From contig CALFHF010000203.1 of the NCBI GenBank assembly GCA_937875855.1, forward strand, positions 5,670 to 69,669: DNA of 64,000 nucleotides. The letters run 5' to 3'. Each line of letters opens with the position of its first letter. Position 1 is the stretch's first letter. The position numbers were made by a program, and so were the translations under genes. Below are positions 1 through 9,500 of the stretch, in pieces. The notes beneath the pieces were generated by a model, which worked only from the letters and a program-made list of their open reading frames with translations, was not told the DNA's origin and did no database searches. The stretch is from an uncultured Flavobacteriales bacterium (lineage in GTDB: Bacteria; Bacteroidota; Bacteroidia; Flavobacteriales_D; JABDKJ01).

Positions 1-81
1 AAATGCAGGGTCATTCTCCCATTCAAGAAGTAGGTCTACATCCTCTTCTTCTGCAATACGTAGAGTAATTTTCTCAGTCAT
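1..81 (-). CDS. GNAT-type N-acetyltransferase, first 27 codons only (continues beyond window edge)
   Basis: Minus-strand ATG at 81-79 translates to MTEKITLRIAEEEDVDLLLEWENDPAF up to base 1. The ATG overlaps the dapF stop (ATGACTGA). The N-terminus resembles RimJ/RimL-like acetyltransferases, but the fragment is too short for certainty. Confidence 0.4.
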   Translation of the reverse strand, partial: MTEKITLRIAEEEDVDLLLEWENDPAF

Positions 82-862
82 ATAAATTCATTTCTCCACA
101 AAAGACCTCCTCCGCGGGGCCTTCTAATTCAACATATTTAAACCCCTGCCCAGCTCTCATGAAGCTCACGCTGAGCAGTCCTCCAAGCGCAGAGACAGTA
201 ATCTTCCCTTCGCTCATTTTCTTGTCAAAGGCATGCGCCAATGCTGCAGCCGTCACTCCTGTTCCACATGCTAAGGTCTCGTCTTCTACACCACGTTCAT
301 ACGTGCGGATGTTTATGAAGTCATCCTTGATCGCATGCACATAATTCACATTGACCCCTTCTTTCTTATATTGATCATTATAGCGAATAGCAGCTCCTTC
401 CTTCTTGACATCCAAACTATCAAGGCCGCTTTCTTTCTTAATGATCAAATGAGGTGACCCTGTGAATAGGAATTGTCCTTCAGCATGCTCTTCAATTCCT
501 GCCACATCATTCATACTGATGCGCACATTCTTCTCCGTTAACCATGCTTCATGATTCCCATCAACAGCCTGAAATGTACAGTAATCCTCTGATATCATAC
601 CTAATAGCTTTGCAAATCGCACACCGCAGCGGCTTCCGTTCCCACAGAAACTTCGGCTGCCATCAGGATTTAAGAAGTCTATCCAGACATCAGCTGTTTC
701 GGATTTCTTAATCAATACGATACCATCAGATCCTATTCCGAATCTGCGGTCACAGAGTTTTTTTATCAATGCCTTGTCCTGATCAGGAAAGCTAAGCTGC
801 CTATCGTCAAAGAGAATGAAGTCATTCCCTGCTCCTTGATATTTAAAGAAGTAGTGTTTCAT
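74..862 (-). CDS. dapF: diaminopimelate epimerase
   Basis: 262 aa ORF. N-terminal KYQGAGNDFILFD and both catalytic Cys motifs (FCGNGSRC and LACGTGVTAA) are typical of DapF. Confidence 0.93.
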   Translation of the reverse strand: MKHYFFKYQGAGNDFILFDDRQLSFPDQDKALIKKLCDRRFGIGSDGIVLIKKSETADVWIDFLNPDGSRSFCGNGSRCGVRFAKLLGMISEDYCTFQAVDGNHEAWLTEKNVRISMNDVAGIEEHAEGQFLFTGSPHLIIKKESGLDSLDVKKEGAAIRYNDQYKKEGVNVNYVHAIKDDFINIRTYERGVEDETLACGTGVTAAALAHAFDKKMSEGKITVSALGGLLSVSFMRAGQGFKYVELEGPAEEVFCGEMNLYD

Positions 863-887
863 GGGAGGGTGCTAAAATAGGATTTGG

Positions 888-1007
888 TTGGGATTATTGG
901 GGTTTTGGGATTCTGTAATTCTGTAGTTCTGTAGTTCTGGAATTCCAAGACTATGAGGTTCTGGGATTAGCTTAGCTGAGCTCCCTTCGGTCGGTTCTGG
1001 GATTGAC
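888..1007. repeat. array of 8-nt G/T-rich units (CTGKRRTT / TTGGGATT) with a 12-nt exact direct repeat
   Basis: Tandem units ctgtaatt, ctgtagtt, ctgtagtt, ctggaatt at 913-944. ttgggatt at 888-895 and 905-912. ggttctgggatt at 957-968 and 993-1004. Non-coding dapF/htrA spacer. Confidence 0.8.
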
Positions 1008-1154
1008 ACAGTTTTGACATTTGAAATTGAGTTTATGTTCTCTTAACAGATTTTAACGTGCCGTTATTTCAATATCGGCAAATCTGGGACGTTATTTGAT
1101 GGGAACAGGAAGTGGTCATCTGAACCGTTAAACGTGAAATTCAAATCAACACAT

Positions 1155-2591
1155 ATGAAAAAGATTTTTGGAACACTCGGAATCGCCATACTGGGAGGAT
1201 TATTCTCAGTGGCTATTTATACTTCAATCATAGATAAGCCTGAGGCAGTTAAGGTCATGAGACAAGCTCCTGTTCGCTACGCTTCTCTTCCGGCAGACGG
1301 AGAAGGTCATGTGCTGGATTTCACGCAAGCTGCTGCCGCGAGCTTGAACACAGTCGTTCATATTCAGACACAGACCATGAGCCCACCTGCCTACAATCCC
1401 TGGATGGACATGTTCAATCAAAGGATACAACCTCAGTTTCAACAAGGCTCAGGTTCTGGAGTGATTATATCTCAAGACGGATACATCGTCACAAATAATC
1501 ACGTCATCGACAAGGCCAGTAAGATTACCGTGACACTAGATGATAACAGAACCTTTGAAGCAGAAGTCATAGGAGCGGATCCCGCTTTTGATATTGCTTT
1601 GCTGAAAGTGAAGAGCACAAACCTGCCTTTTGCCACCTTCGGAGATTCTGACGCCATCAAGGTGGGAGAATGGGTGCTTGCTGTGGGAAATCCATTTAAC
1701 CTTACATCTACAGTCACAGCAGGAATCGTGAGCGCCAAAGGGAGAAACATCAATATCCTCGCCCAAGACCCTAACCAAGAAGTTTTCCCTGTAGAAAGTT
1801 TTATTCAAACCGATGCTGCTGTGAACCCTGGAAACAGCGGTGGCGCCCTGATCAACACTCGTGGTGAGCTCATAGGAATCAATACCGCCATTGCGAGCAG
1901 AACAGGATCGTATTCGGGATACTCCTTTGCCGTGCCTAGCAGCATTGTGCAGAAAGTGACCCATGACCTCTTGGAATATGGGAATGTACAAAGAGCGTAT
2001 ATAGGAGTGAGTATTTCTGATTTGAATCAAGAAATAGCCGATCAATTAGGAATCAAAGATGTGGCGGGCGTTTATGTACGTGGACTCGTTTCTGGAGGGG
2101 CTGCTGCTCATGCTGGAATCAAGGAAGGCGATATCATCTATAAAGTGGGACCTCGAAGAGTGACGAATGTTCCAGAGCTTCAAGAACAAGTAAGCCAGTA
2201 CCGCCCAGGAGATAACGTCAAGGTGACTGTGAAAAGGAGCAATGATCTTCTCGAATATGACGTTATTGTCACAGATCGAGAAGGGGGTACCAGTTTGACT
2301 AGCTTACCAAAGGTGAAAAAATCCGAAGGTTATGGTGCTATATTTGAGGCGGTCAACGCAGAGGACCTAAGTCGATTAAGGATCCCAGCGGGGGTCAGAT
2401 TGAAGGAAGATGCAGAAGGCCGATTCAGCAGAGCTGGTATCAAAGAAGGCTTCATCATCACGCGAATCGATAAGAAGAATATAACGAGACCTGAAGATGT
2501 CGTTTCGCTATTAGGCTCCAAGGAGGGAGGAGTATTAATAGAAGGGGTTTACCCCAACGGAACGGTTGCATACTATGGTTTTGGGATGTGA
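1155..2591 (+). CDS. htrA: periplasmic serine endoprotease, HtrA/DegP/DegQ family (trypsin-like domain plus PDZ domains)
   Basis: Catalytic triad context TNNHVI, DIALLKV and GNSGGALIN, with an N-terminal membrane anchor. The ORF track starts at GTG 1134, but ATG 1155 (MKKIFGTLGIAILGG) is the more likely start. Confidence 0.9.
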   Translation: MKKIFGTLGIAILGGLFSVAIYTSIIDKPEAVKVMRQAPVRYASLPADGEGHVLDFTQAAAASLNTVVHIQTQTMSPPAYNPWMDMFNQRIQPQFQQGSGSGVIISQDGYIVTNNHVIDKASKITVTLDDNRTFEAEVIGADPAFDIALLKVKSTNLPFATFGDSDAIKVGEWVLAVGNPFNLTSTVTAGIVSAKGRNINILAQDPNQEVFPVESFIQTDAAVNPGNSGGALINTRGELIGINTAIASRTGSYSGYSFAVPSSIVQKVTHDLLEYGNVQRAYIGVSISDLNQEIADQLGIKDVAGVYVRGLVSGGAAAHAGIKEGDIIYKVGPRRVTNVPELQEQVSQYRPGDNVKVTVKRSNDLLEYDVIVTDREGGTSLTSLPKVKKSEGYGAIFEAVNAEDLSRLRIPAGVRLKEDAEGRFSRAGIKEGFIITRIDKKNITRPEDVVSLLGSKEGGVLIEGVYPNGTVAYYGFGM

Positions 2592-2693
2592 AAGGAAAAT
2601 ATTAGTAAACCTGCATGAATCAAAAATAGAGACCGCGTTCATCTGTTAATCTGTTTTGAATCAGCTTATTAGTACACCAATCGCATCCACTGC

Positions 2694-2727
2694 AAGGGGT
2701 CGGCCAAGGTCGGCCCTTTGTTTTTTT
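2694..2727 (+). terminator. intrinsic terminator after htrA
   Basis: About 10-bp GC-rich stem (aaggggtcgg / tcggcccttt, including G-U pairs) with a ccaagg loop, followed by gttttttt. Confidence 0.6.
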
Positions 2728-2751
2728 CATGCTATGCAGGTTAAATCTTCC

Positions 2752-2782
2752 TTGTCTGCAAGCTAACAAAAGCTTACCTTTG
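2752..2782 (+). promoter_or_regulatory. Bacteroidota sigma-A type promoter candidate for rpoD (TTG ... TAccTTTG)
   Basis: Exact TAnnTTTG match (tacctttg, 2775-2782) with TTG at 2752-2754, 20 nt upstream. It overlaps the GTG at 2782, which argues for ATG 2848 as the true start. Confidence 0.4.
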
Positions 2783-2847
2783 TGGACTGCCTAATTAAGG
2801 TGGAACACGCCAAGAACAGCACACCTTTTAAAGCAACTACATGCGTC

Positions 2848-3714
2848 ATGAGACAGCTTAAGATAACTAAGTCCATAACAAATCGCGAGAGTCAGTCACT
2901 AGATAAATACCTACAAGAAATCAGCAAAGAAGAGCTGATTACAGCCCAGGAGGAAGTCGAATTGGCTCAGCGAATCAAGCAAGGCGACCAGAGAGCTTTG
3001 GACAAGCTTACCCGCGCCAACCTGCGTTTCGTGGTATCTGTTTCGAAGCAGTATCAGAATCAAGGATTGAGTCTTCCTGACTTAATCAATGAAGGAAATC
3101 TAGGATTGATTAAAGCAGCCCAGCGTTTTGATGAAACCCGTGGTTTCAAGTTCATCTCTTATGCAGTTTGGTGGATCCGTCAGTCGATTCTTCAGGCTTT
3201 GGCAGAACAATCTAGGATTGTACGTCTTCCTTTGAACCAAGTAGGTTCTTTGAGCAAGATCAATAAGATGTTCTCTAAACTAGAGCAAGAATTCGAGCGT
3301 CCACCATCAGCTGAGGAACTAGCCCATGCATTGGACCTTCCTACTGAGAAAGTAGCTCAATCCCTAAAAGTGAGCGGAAGACACATCTCTATGGATGCTC
3401 CATTCACCGATGACGGAGATAGTAACTCCCTTCTCGATGTATTGATTAATGATGATTCCCCTGATGCGGACAGCAATCTTTTGAATGAGTCCCTTCAGAA
3501 TGAAGTCGAACGCTCCCTCGCTACCCTTTCAGGTCGTGAGCGTGATGTGATACGTCTATTCTTCGGTATAGGAATGAATCATGGATTGACCCTGGATGAG
3601 ATCGGAGAAAAATTCGATTTGACTAGAGAACGTGTTCGCCAAATCAAGGAGAAAGCGATTCGAAAGCTCAAACAGCAATCTAAAAGCAAATTGTTAAAAG
3701 CCTATCTTGGATAG
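2848..3714 (+). CDS. rpoD: primary RNA polymerase sigma factor (short Bacteroidota sigma-70/RpoD type)
   Basis: Regions 1.2 to 4 are recognisable ([80 protein letters not shown]). There is no long region 1.1. Confidence 0.93.
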   Translation: MRQLKITKSITNRESQSLDKYLQEISKEELITAQEEVELAQRIKQGDQRALDKLTRANLRFVVSVSKQYQNQGLSLPDLINEGNLGLIKAAQRFDETRGFKFISYAVWWIRQSILQALAEQSRIVRLPLNQVGSLSKINKMFSKLEQEFERPPSAEELAHALDLPTEKVAQSLKVSGRHISMDAPFTDDGDSNSLLDVLINDDSPDADSNLLNESLQNEVERSLATLSGRERDVIRLFFGIGMNHGLTLDEIGEKFDLTRERVRQIKEKAIRKLKQQSKSKLLKAYLG

Positions 3715-3728
3715 GCTTTTTTCTTTTT
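3696..3728 (+). terminator. intrinsic terminator after rpoD
   Basis: Hairpin aaaaGCCTATC-ttg-GATAGGCtttt containing the TAG stop, followed by a T-rich run. Confidence 0.7.
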
Positions 3729-3777
3729 ATAGCCTTATTGTCATTTTCACACTTTGACCCTTAACCCCCGATAACAT

Positions 3778-5229
3778 ATGTCACTGGAGATCCTCACTCA
3801 GACCAACGAGAAATGGATAGATAGAAAACGTTCAGGAGTTGAGCTCTTGAATTCCATAGGTCATCTTATGTATGACAAAAACATAGAGTTGGTTTTATTC
3901 AGGAACCCCCTCATCGATGAGAGCGTTCCTGAATTGCTCAATCTACACGAGTACGCTCAAGATATCGTGAATAAGCCCATCGATATTCACATTACTTCCC
4001 AATTGGCCACTCAGCTGACTAAGATGGACCTTGCTCCTTCTAAAATAGACATAGGTCGCCTTTCTAGCGAATGGATGACCGAAGGGAAGAACTATCCAAG
4101 TCAAGAAGCGTTTTTGAATGATAAACTTAGTAAGTTAATTGGCCGTCAAGCCAGTCATGACATTAAGCCTAAGGACGTGGTTCTCTTTGGTTTCGGTCGT
4201 ATTGGAAGACTGTGCGCGCGTGAACTCATTCGTATGAGTGGCGTGGGCCAACAGTTGAGATTGCGTGCTATTGTACTTCGCACCGTCAATCCTACAGAGG
4301 TCACTAAGAGGGCTGCGCTATTCCGCATGGATTCAGTGCATGGCCCTTTCCAAGGTGTAGTCAATGAAGTTCCTGAAAAAGGACAATTAATCATCAATGG
4401 ACAAGTCGTTCAGCTCATAGCAGGCAACAATCCTGAGGATATTGACTATACCGTGTATGGCATCCATGATGCTCTCGTAATAGATAATACGGGTGTCTAT
4501 AGAGATGCCGAACAGCTCGGAAGACATCTAAAAGCTAAAGGAGTGAACAAAGCATTGCTCACTGCGCCTGGAAAGGATATGCCGAATATCGTGTATGGTC
4601 TGAATCATGCCGATTCTGACGTAGATAAGACTGATTTATGGTCAGCGGCCAGCTGCACCACGAATGCGATTTCTCCTGTGCTTGCTGTGCTCGACAAAGA
4701 GTTTGGTGTACAAAAAGGACATATAGAAACTGTTCATGCCTATACGAATGACCAGAACCTATTGGATAATTACCACACTAAGGAACGCAGAGGAAGGTCA
4801 GCTGCTATCAACATGGTAATCACAGAGACCGGTGCCGGAAAGGCTGTGACAAAGGTGATGCCTCATTTCAAAGACAGGCTAACTGCTAATGCGGTGCGTG
4901 TTCCAACTCCCAATGGCTCTCTTGCCATTATGCATCTAAGCTTGAACAACAAAGTGGACCGAGATGCAGTGAATGCTGTCATGAAGAAGGCGGCCTTAGA
5001 AGGTGAACTCGTGAATCAAATCAAGTACAGCATTGAGCCTGAATTAGTCTCCAATGACATTATTGGCAACTCCTGTTGTGCTGTCTTTGATTCTCCTGCA
5101 ACTATCGTCTCTACTGACGGAATGAACTGCGTGGTCTATGTATGGTATGACAATGAATTTGGATACACGAAGCAAGTCTTGAGATTGGCCAAGTACATTT
5201 CCAAGGTGAGACGCTTGATTTACTATTGA
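3778..5229 (+). CDS. gap: glyceraldehyde-3-phosphate dehydrogenase, long form (~480 aa)
   Basis: NAD-binding GFGRIGRL sits at residues ~138-145 rather than near the N-terminus. Catalytic SCTTNA and C-terminal WYDNEFGY are present. Confidence 0.9.
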   Translation: MSLEILTQTNEKWIDRKRSGVELLNSIGHLMYDKNIELVLFRNPLIDESVPELLNLHEYAQDIVNKPIDIHITSQLATQLTKMDLAPSKIDIGRLSSEWMTEGKNYPSQEAFLNDKLSKLIGRQASHDIKPKDVVLFGFGRIGRLCARELIRMSGVGQQLRLRAIVLRTVNPTEVTKRAALFRMDSVHGPFQGVVNEVPEKGQLIINGQVVQLIAGNNPEDIDYTVYGIHDALVIDNTGVYRDAEQLGRHLKAKGVNKALLTAPGKDMPNIVYGLNHADSDVDKTDLWSAASCTTNAISPVLAVLDKEFGVQKGHIETVHAYTNDQNLLDNYHTKERRGRSAAINMVITETGAGKAVTKVMPHFKDRLTANAVRVPTPNGSLAIMHLSLNNKVDRDAVNAVMKKAALEGELVNQIKYSIEPELVSNDIIGNSCCAVFDSPATIVSTDGMNCVVYVWYDNEFGYTKQVLRLAKYISKVRRLIYY

Positions 5230-5250
5230 GCCTTAGTCCTTAAAAACATG

Positions 5251-5281
5251 AAAGCCGCCTTGAATACAAGGCGGCTTTTTT
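5251..5281. terminator. bidirectional intrinsic terminator between gap (+) and amidohydrolase (-)
   Basis: Perfect 9-bp stem GCCGCCTTG / CAAGGCGGC with tetraloop aata, flanked by AAA on the left and TTTTTT on the right. Confidence 0.8.
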
Positions 5282-5320
5282 AATTTCAAATATTTTCCTT
5301 TCTCAAAGGCGTAAGCTGCT

Positions 5321-6598
5321 TTACCCTTGATACTTCTGCTTGTACTTGGCGTTGAGCTGCTTCTGGAAGTTATCTAGGTCTATATCTCTCCCTTGAATAA
5401 AGGCTCTTACCACGTTATTCGTGCGCATGTCCAGTGCATCCCCGCTGGAGATAAATAAGGTAGCGTCCTTGTCCATTTCTATGCTTCCACATCGCTTGTC
5501 TATTCCCAGAATCTTTGCAGGGTTCAATGTGATAGCGCTGATGGCTGCTCTTTTATCTAAGCCATAGGCCACGCATGTTCCTGCATTGAACGGAAGGTTC
5601 ATAGTGTTCATTTCAGGCATGCGATCTGAGTTTTCTAGACAGAATAAAATTCCCGCTTTTTCCAAGATGCCTGCTAGTTTATAGTTCTGGTGCACATCAT
5701 CCTCCGGATAAGTAGGAAGCCCATGTATGCGACCTATCATGACAGAGACTTTTCTATCCTTGAGCAATGGCGTAATCAAATGTGCATCATATCCTCCTAC
5801 AATCACCAGATTGTCAATTCCAAGGTCTTGGGCCATGTGTATGGCAGAAGTCATTTCTACTGCCCTATCCGTGTGGACATAAAGTCTTTTCTTTCCATTA
5901 AAGAGGTCTTTGCATGCATCAGCGCGAATGTCGTATGCTGGTTTAGACTCATTGGCATACGAACGGGCACGTTCAAAGAAAGCTCTTAAGTCAGCTACCT
6001 TCTTTTCATAATCAGGGTCAGCCGCTCGTTCTCTGGTTTCCCAAGACCACTTGGTGGTTTCGGGCCAATTCACGTGTATTCCATCGTCTTCTTTCAAGAC
6101 TGCATCTTCCCAATTCCAGCCATCTAGCATCATGACTGAAGAGGTGCCAGAAACTCTACCTCCTTGTGGACTTACTTGGGCCATGAGAATGCCATTGGCA
6201 CGCACTGTTGGCGTAACTCTACTGTCGGTATTATAGGCTATTAGGCTTCGTACATGAGGATTGTATTCCCCTGTTTCATCCATGTCCCTGGTGGCTCTCA
6301 CAGCGCTTATTTCATTCAATCCTAACGTGGAATTGACCGCGATAAACCCTGGATACAGATGCTTTCCTGTTTCCTGAATGACTACTTGATAGCCTTTAGG
6401 CGCTAGCGCAGTGCTGCCCACATAATCAATCTTTCCATCTCTAAATCCCACCGCACCGTCTTGGATTTCTTTTCCATTCCCGATATGTACCGTGACCTCT
6501 GTGATGAGGATAGATTTCTTCTGCGGTGGCGCAGGAACTTGCGCCATCCCGAATGCCGCGCAGAGCAGGAATACGATTCCTAGTCCTCTTTTCTTCAT
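5321..6598 (-). CDS. secreted amidohydrolase-family protein (HxH motif not conserved)
   Basis: Likely start at MKKRGLGIVFLLCAAFGMAQ (signal peptide), 1 nt after the upstream stop. Amidohydrolase-like layout (GKHLYPGFIAVNSTLGL ... ENSD ... DKDATLF), but NST occupies the usual HxH position. Confidence 0.75.
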   Translation of the reverse strand: MKKRGLGIVFLLCAAFGMAQVPAPPQKKSILITEVTVHIGNGKEIQDGAVGFRDGKIDYVGSTALAPKGYQVVIQETGKHLYPGFIAVNSTLGLNEISAVRATRDMDETGEYNPHVRSLIAYNTDSRVTPTVRANGILMAQVSPQGGRVSGTSSVMMLDGWNWEDAVLKEDDGIHVNWPETTKWSWETRERAADPDYEKKVADLRAFFERARSYANESKPAYDIRADACKDLFNGKKRLYVHTDRAVEMTSAIHMAQDLGIDNLVIVGGYDAHLITPLLKDRKVSVMIGRIHGLPTYPEDDVHQNYKLAGILEKAGILFCLENSDRMPEMNTMNLPFNAGTCVAYGLDKRAAISAITLNPAKILGIDKRCGSIEMDKDATLFISSGDALDMRTNNVVRAFIQGRDIDLDNFQKQLNAKYKQKYQG

Positions 6599-6599
6599 C

Positions 6600-9500
6600 T
6601 CAATGTCCTTCATGGTCGCAATGGTATCTGTGTTTATCATCAGCCGATGGCTTTTTCTTGTCCTTTCCATCTTCTCCTGCCATGCGCTCTATAATCTTAG
6701 CTCGCTCTAGGGCCATCTCTTTCATGTTCTTTTGGTCTAGCTCTCTGTCATAATAACAGACTCCATCTACATAGGTCTTCTCTACCAGAGCATAAATGGA
6801 TAGCGGATTATCAGACCACATGACGATGTCGGCATCCATTCCCGCTGCTACTTTTCCCATACGCTCGTCCAAGTGCAAAAGTTTGGCAGGGTTAAGCGTT
6901 ACCATTTTCCAAGCTTCTTCTTCGCTCATTCCTCCATACTTCACCCCTTTGGCAGCTTCTTGGTTCAGTCTTCTTCCCATCTCTGCATCGTCAGAATTAA
7001 TGGCAACGGTGATTCCTTGGGCGCTCATCAATGCTGCATTGTAGGGAATCGCTTCTCTCACTTCGAATTTGTACGCCCACCAATCGCTGAATGTACTTGC
7101 TCCTGCTCCGTGCTTTTTCATTTTGTCAGCCACTTTATAGCCTTCAAGAATGTGAGTGAAGGTGTTAACTCTGAACCCCATAGAATCAGCTACGTGCATG
7201 AGCATGTTGATCTCTGATTGCACATAACTGTGACAGGTAATGAAGCGCTTAGATTCTAGAATCTCGCTCAAAGCTTCCATCTCCAAGTCTTTGCGCAGAG
7301 ATCCCATACCGCCTTTGTTCCTTTCTTTCTGTCGTCCTGCAAGCATGGAAACTTGTGAAGCTCGATAGTCTCTTGCTCGTTGGAAATGATCATAATAGAG
7401 TTGCTCTACTCCCATGCGTGTCTGGGGGGAACGGCTGGTGTATTCATTGCCCCAGTTACTTTGTTTCACGTTTTCTCCTAATGCAAATTTGATGAATCCT
7501 GCCGCGCCTTGAATCTTCATCTCTTCAGCATTGGAACCCCATCTTAGCTTGATCAATGCTGATTGTCCTCCAATGGGATTAGCCGATCCATGCAGCAATT
7601 GCGCAGCTGTCACTCCTCCTGCCAATTGATAATAGATGTCCTGGTCCTCAGGGTCTATGACATCACCAATGCGCACCTCAGCACTGGAAGCCTGTCCTCC
7701 TTCATTCACGCCACCCGTGATAGCAATGTGGCTGTGTTCATCTATGATGCCTGAGGTGATGTGTTTTCCATAGGCTTCAATGCTATTGAAGGAGGGTCTG
7801 TTTCTGTCTTTAGGGAAGACATCTTCAATGTTCAGATTATGTCCAACCGCAATGATTTTTCCATTTTGAACGAGTACGTCACAGTCTTTCATTATCCCTG
7901 AATCGGTGTTCGTCCAGACGGTGGCGTTGCGGAAGACTACATTTTCAGATCTGGGTGCTTCTGTCCAGCCTTGGCCATGATTAGGGTAATGGAGTATAGC
8001 GCTTTTCATCACGGGGTCTTCCTTAGGTTGTGCAGTTATTTTCTCTGCCTCCTTCAGCTTAACGGCATGCCAGAGCACGGTTTCTCCATCTGCGTTGATC
8101 CCTGTTCCTTCCCAAAGGTTCAATCTGTTATTCAGATTTCCATGTAGGCGATAGAGTCCTTGGTCCTTGACTTTAAAACTCATATTAACCTGACGGTCAA
8201 ATTCTTTCAAATCCACTTTCACCTTGCTGGTATCTGCAGATCTGTCTCCTCTGATGAAGGCTTTATCTCCTTCCAATACACTCAGCGTAAACTTTCGGCC
8301 TTCAATCTTAAGGTCGTACTCTCCCGTAATATCCGTAGCATCTGCAGACTGAACTACATAGGATTTTCCTTGCACCCAATGCTCTATAATCTTAGCCTGA
8401 TCTTCTTTCATGGGGGCATCCATCACTAGAAAATCAGCTAGGCTTCCGTCTCTGAGTGTTCCAATGAGTGCTTCCATCCCCAGGGCTTTCGCAGGGCTCA
8501 ATGTCAATGCATTCAACGCTTGAGACTCAGTGAGGCCTTCGTTCATTGCTCTGCGCAGGTTTTTCCAGAAAGTAGCTGCATCCTTCAGTCCATTCATGGT
8601 GAGAGCTATCTCCACTCCTGCTCCTGCGAGGTAGGCGGCATTAGCTGGGGCGATTTCCCAAGTTCTTAGTTTTCTGAGTCCAACATAGCGACTTGTATAG
8701 GGGTCGTTCATATCCATGGCGGCAGGAAAGTCCAGGGGCAAGATGACCAAGGCTCCTGCTGACTTGATGTCCTGCACCCGCTCGAATTCATTTCCTGATC
8801 CTACAAATGCGAATCGGAACCCGAATTCATCTGCGATTTTCTTTCCTCGAAGTATGTCGTTCTTCTCTTCGGTGACTAAAAATCTAGGAAGATTTGCGGT
8901 CTTATTGATAGCCTCTAGAGAGGCATTCAGTTCTTCTTTTCCATTGGTGGCCGCATACCATTGAGCATCATAAAAAGTTTGCCTCATAAGTGCGATGGCG
9001 CCCATTTTAGACCCTGCGTAATCCTGGGCAGTGAGTCCTTTGTCAAAAGAGAAAAAAAGTGCTGCATCTTCTTTAAGAATGCTGATGTTATTCTTCTCAT
9101 CGCTAAGCGCTGCCAAGACCGCTGTTCCCCTTACGATTCCATCCATCTGATGCGAAAGGGAGACTCCGAATCCTGCTTTGCGCATCTCTTCAGCGCGGCC
9201 GCTGTTCTGCATGAAAAGTTGGGATGCACTTTTCTCAGGATGCACAGAGGCATGCCAAGCAGGTGCACCTGCATCTTTTCGCTCATACATAGGTCCGCGA
9301 TGTTCTTCCTTCTTGCCATCAGGAAGTCCATAGGAGCTATACAGCTCAATGAAGGAAGGATAAATATGCTTACCGCTCATATCTTTCACGATGGCATTTC
9401 TTGGAATGGATTCGCCCTGCGTCACTTTGATGATTTTTCCGTTTTGAACGAAAACATCCGCTTTAGACTTTGTGGTTACTGGATCCACGTGAACTGTGGC

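Noticed and set aside
913-944. Tandem 8-mers, considered as a CRISPR or minisatellite
   Set aside because: The units are only 8 nt long and directly abut one another with no spacers. No cas genes are present in the window.
1102-1129. GGAAC…CGTTAA motif upstream of htrA, considered as an ECF (sigma-E-like) promoter
   Set aside because: It is tempting because degP/htrA is sigma-E dependent in E. coli. However, the spacer is 19 nt rather than 16-17, and there is no supporting conservation, so this is too weak to call.
1536-2045. 169-aa minus-strand ORF (and 1499-1753)
   Set aside because: Antisense to the htrA protease domain, whose catalytic motifs are unambiguous on the plus strand.
2608-2742. 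9-nt perfect inverted repeat AACCTGCAT / ATGCAGGTT flanking the htrA terminator, considered as a structured RNA
   Set aside because: Rough chance expectation for one such pair in a ~250-nt spacer is about 0.1. The arms cannot be extended, and the terminator sits between them, so the distal arm would rarely be co-transcribed.
2782-2847. GTG-initiated 22-codon N-terminal extension of rpoD
   Set aside because: The GTG overlaps an exact TAccTTTG -7 box, and the extension ([22 protein letters not shown]) is not sigma-like. ATG 2848 gives the standard N-terminus.
6599-6670. 72-nt overlap between the two amidohydrolase ORFs, and small ORFs 6492-6753
   Set aside because: This is an artefact of taking the longest ORF. 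The internal ATG 6598 gives a proper signal peptide and a 1-nt intergenic gap.
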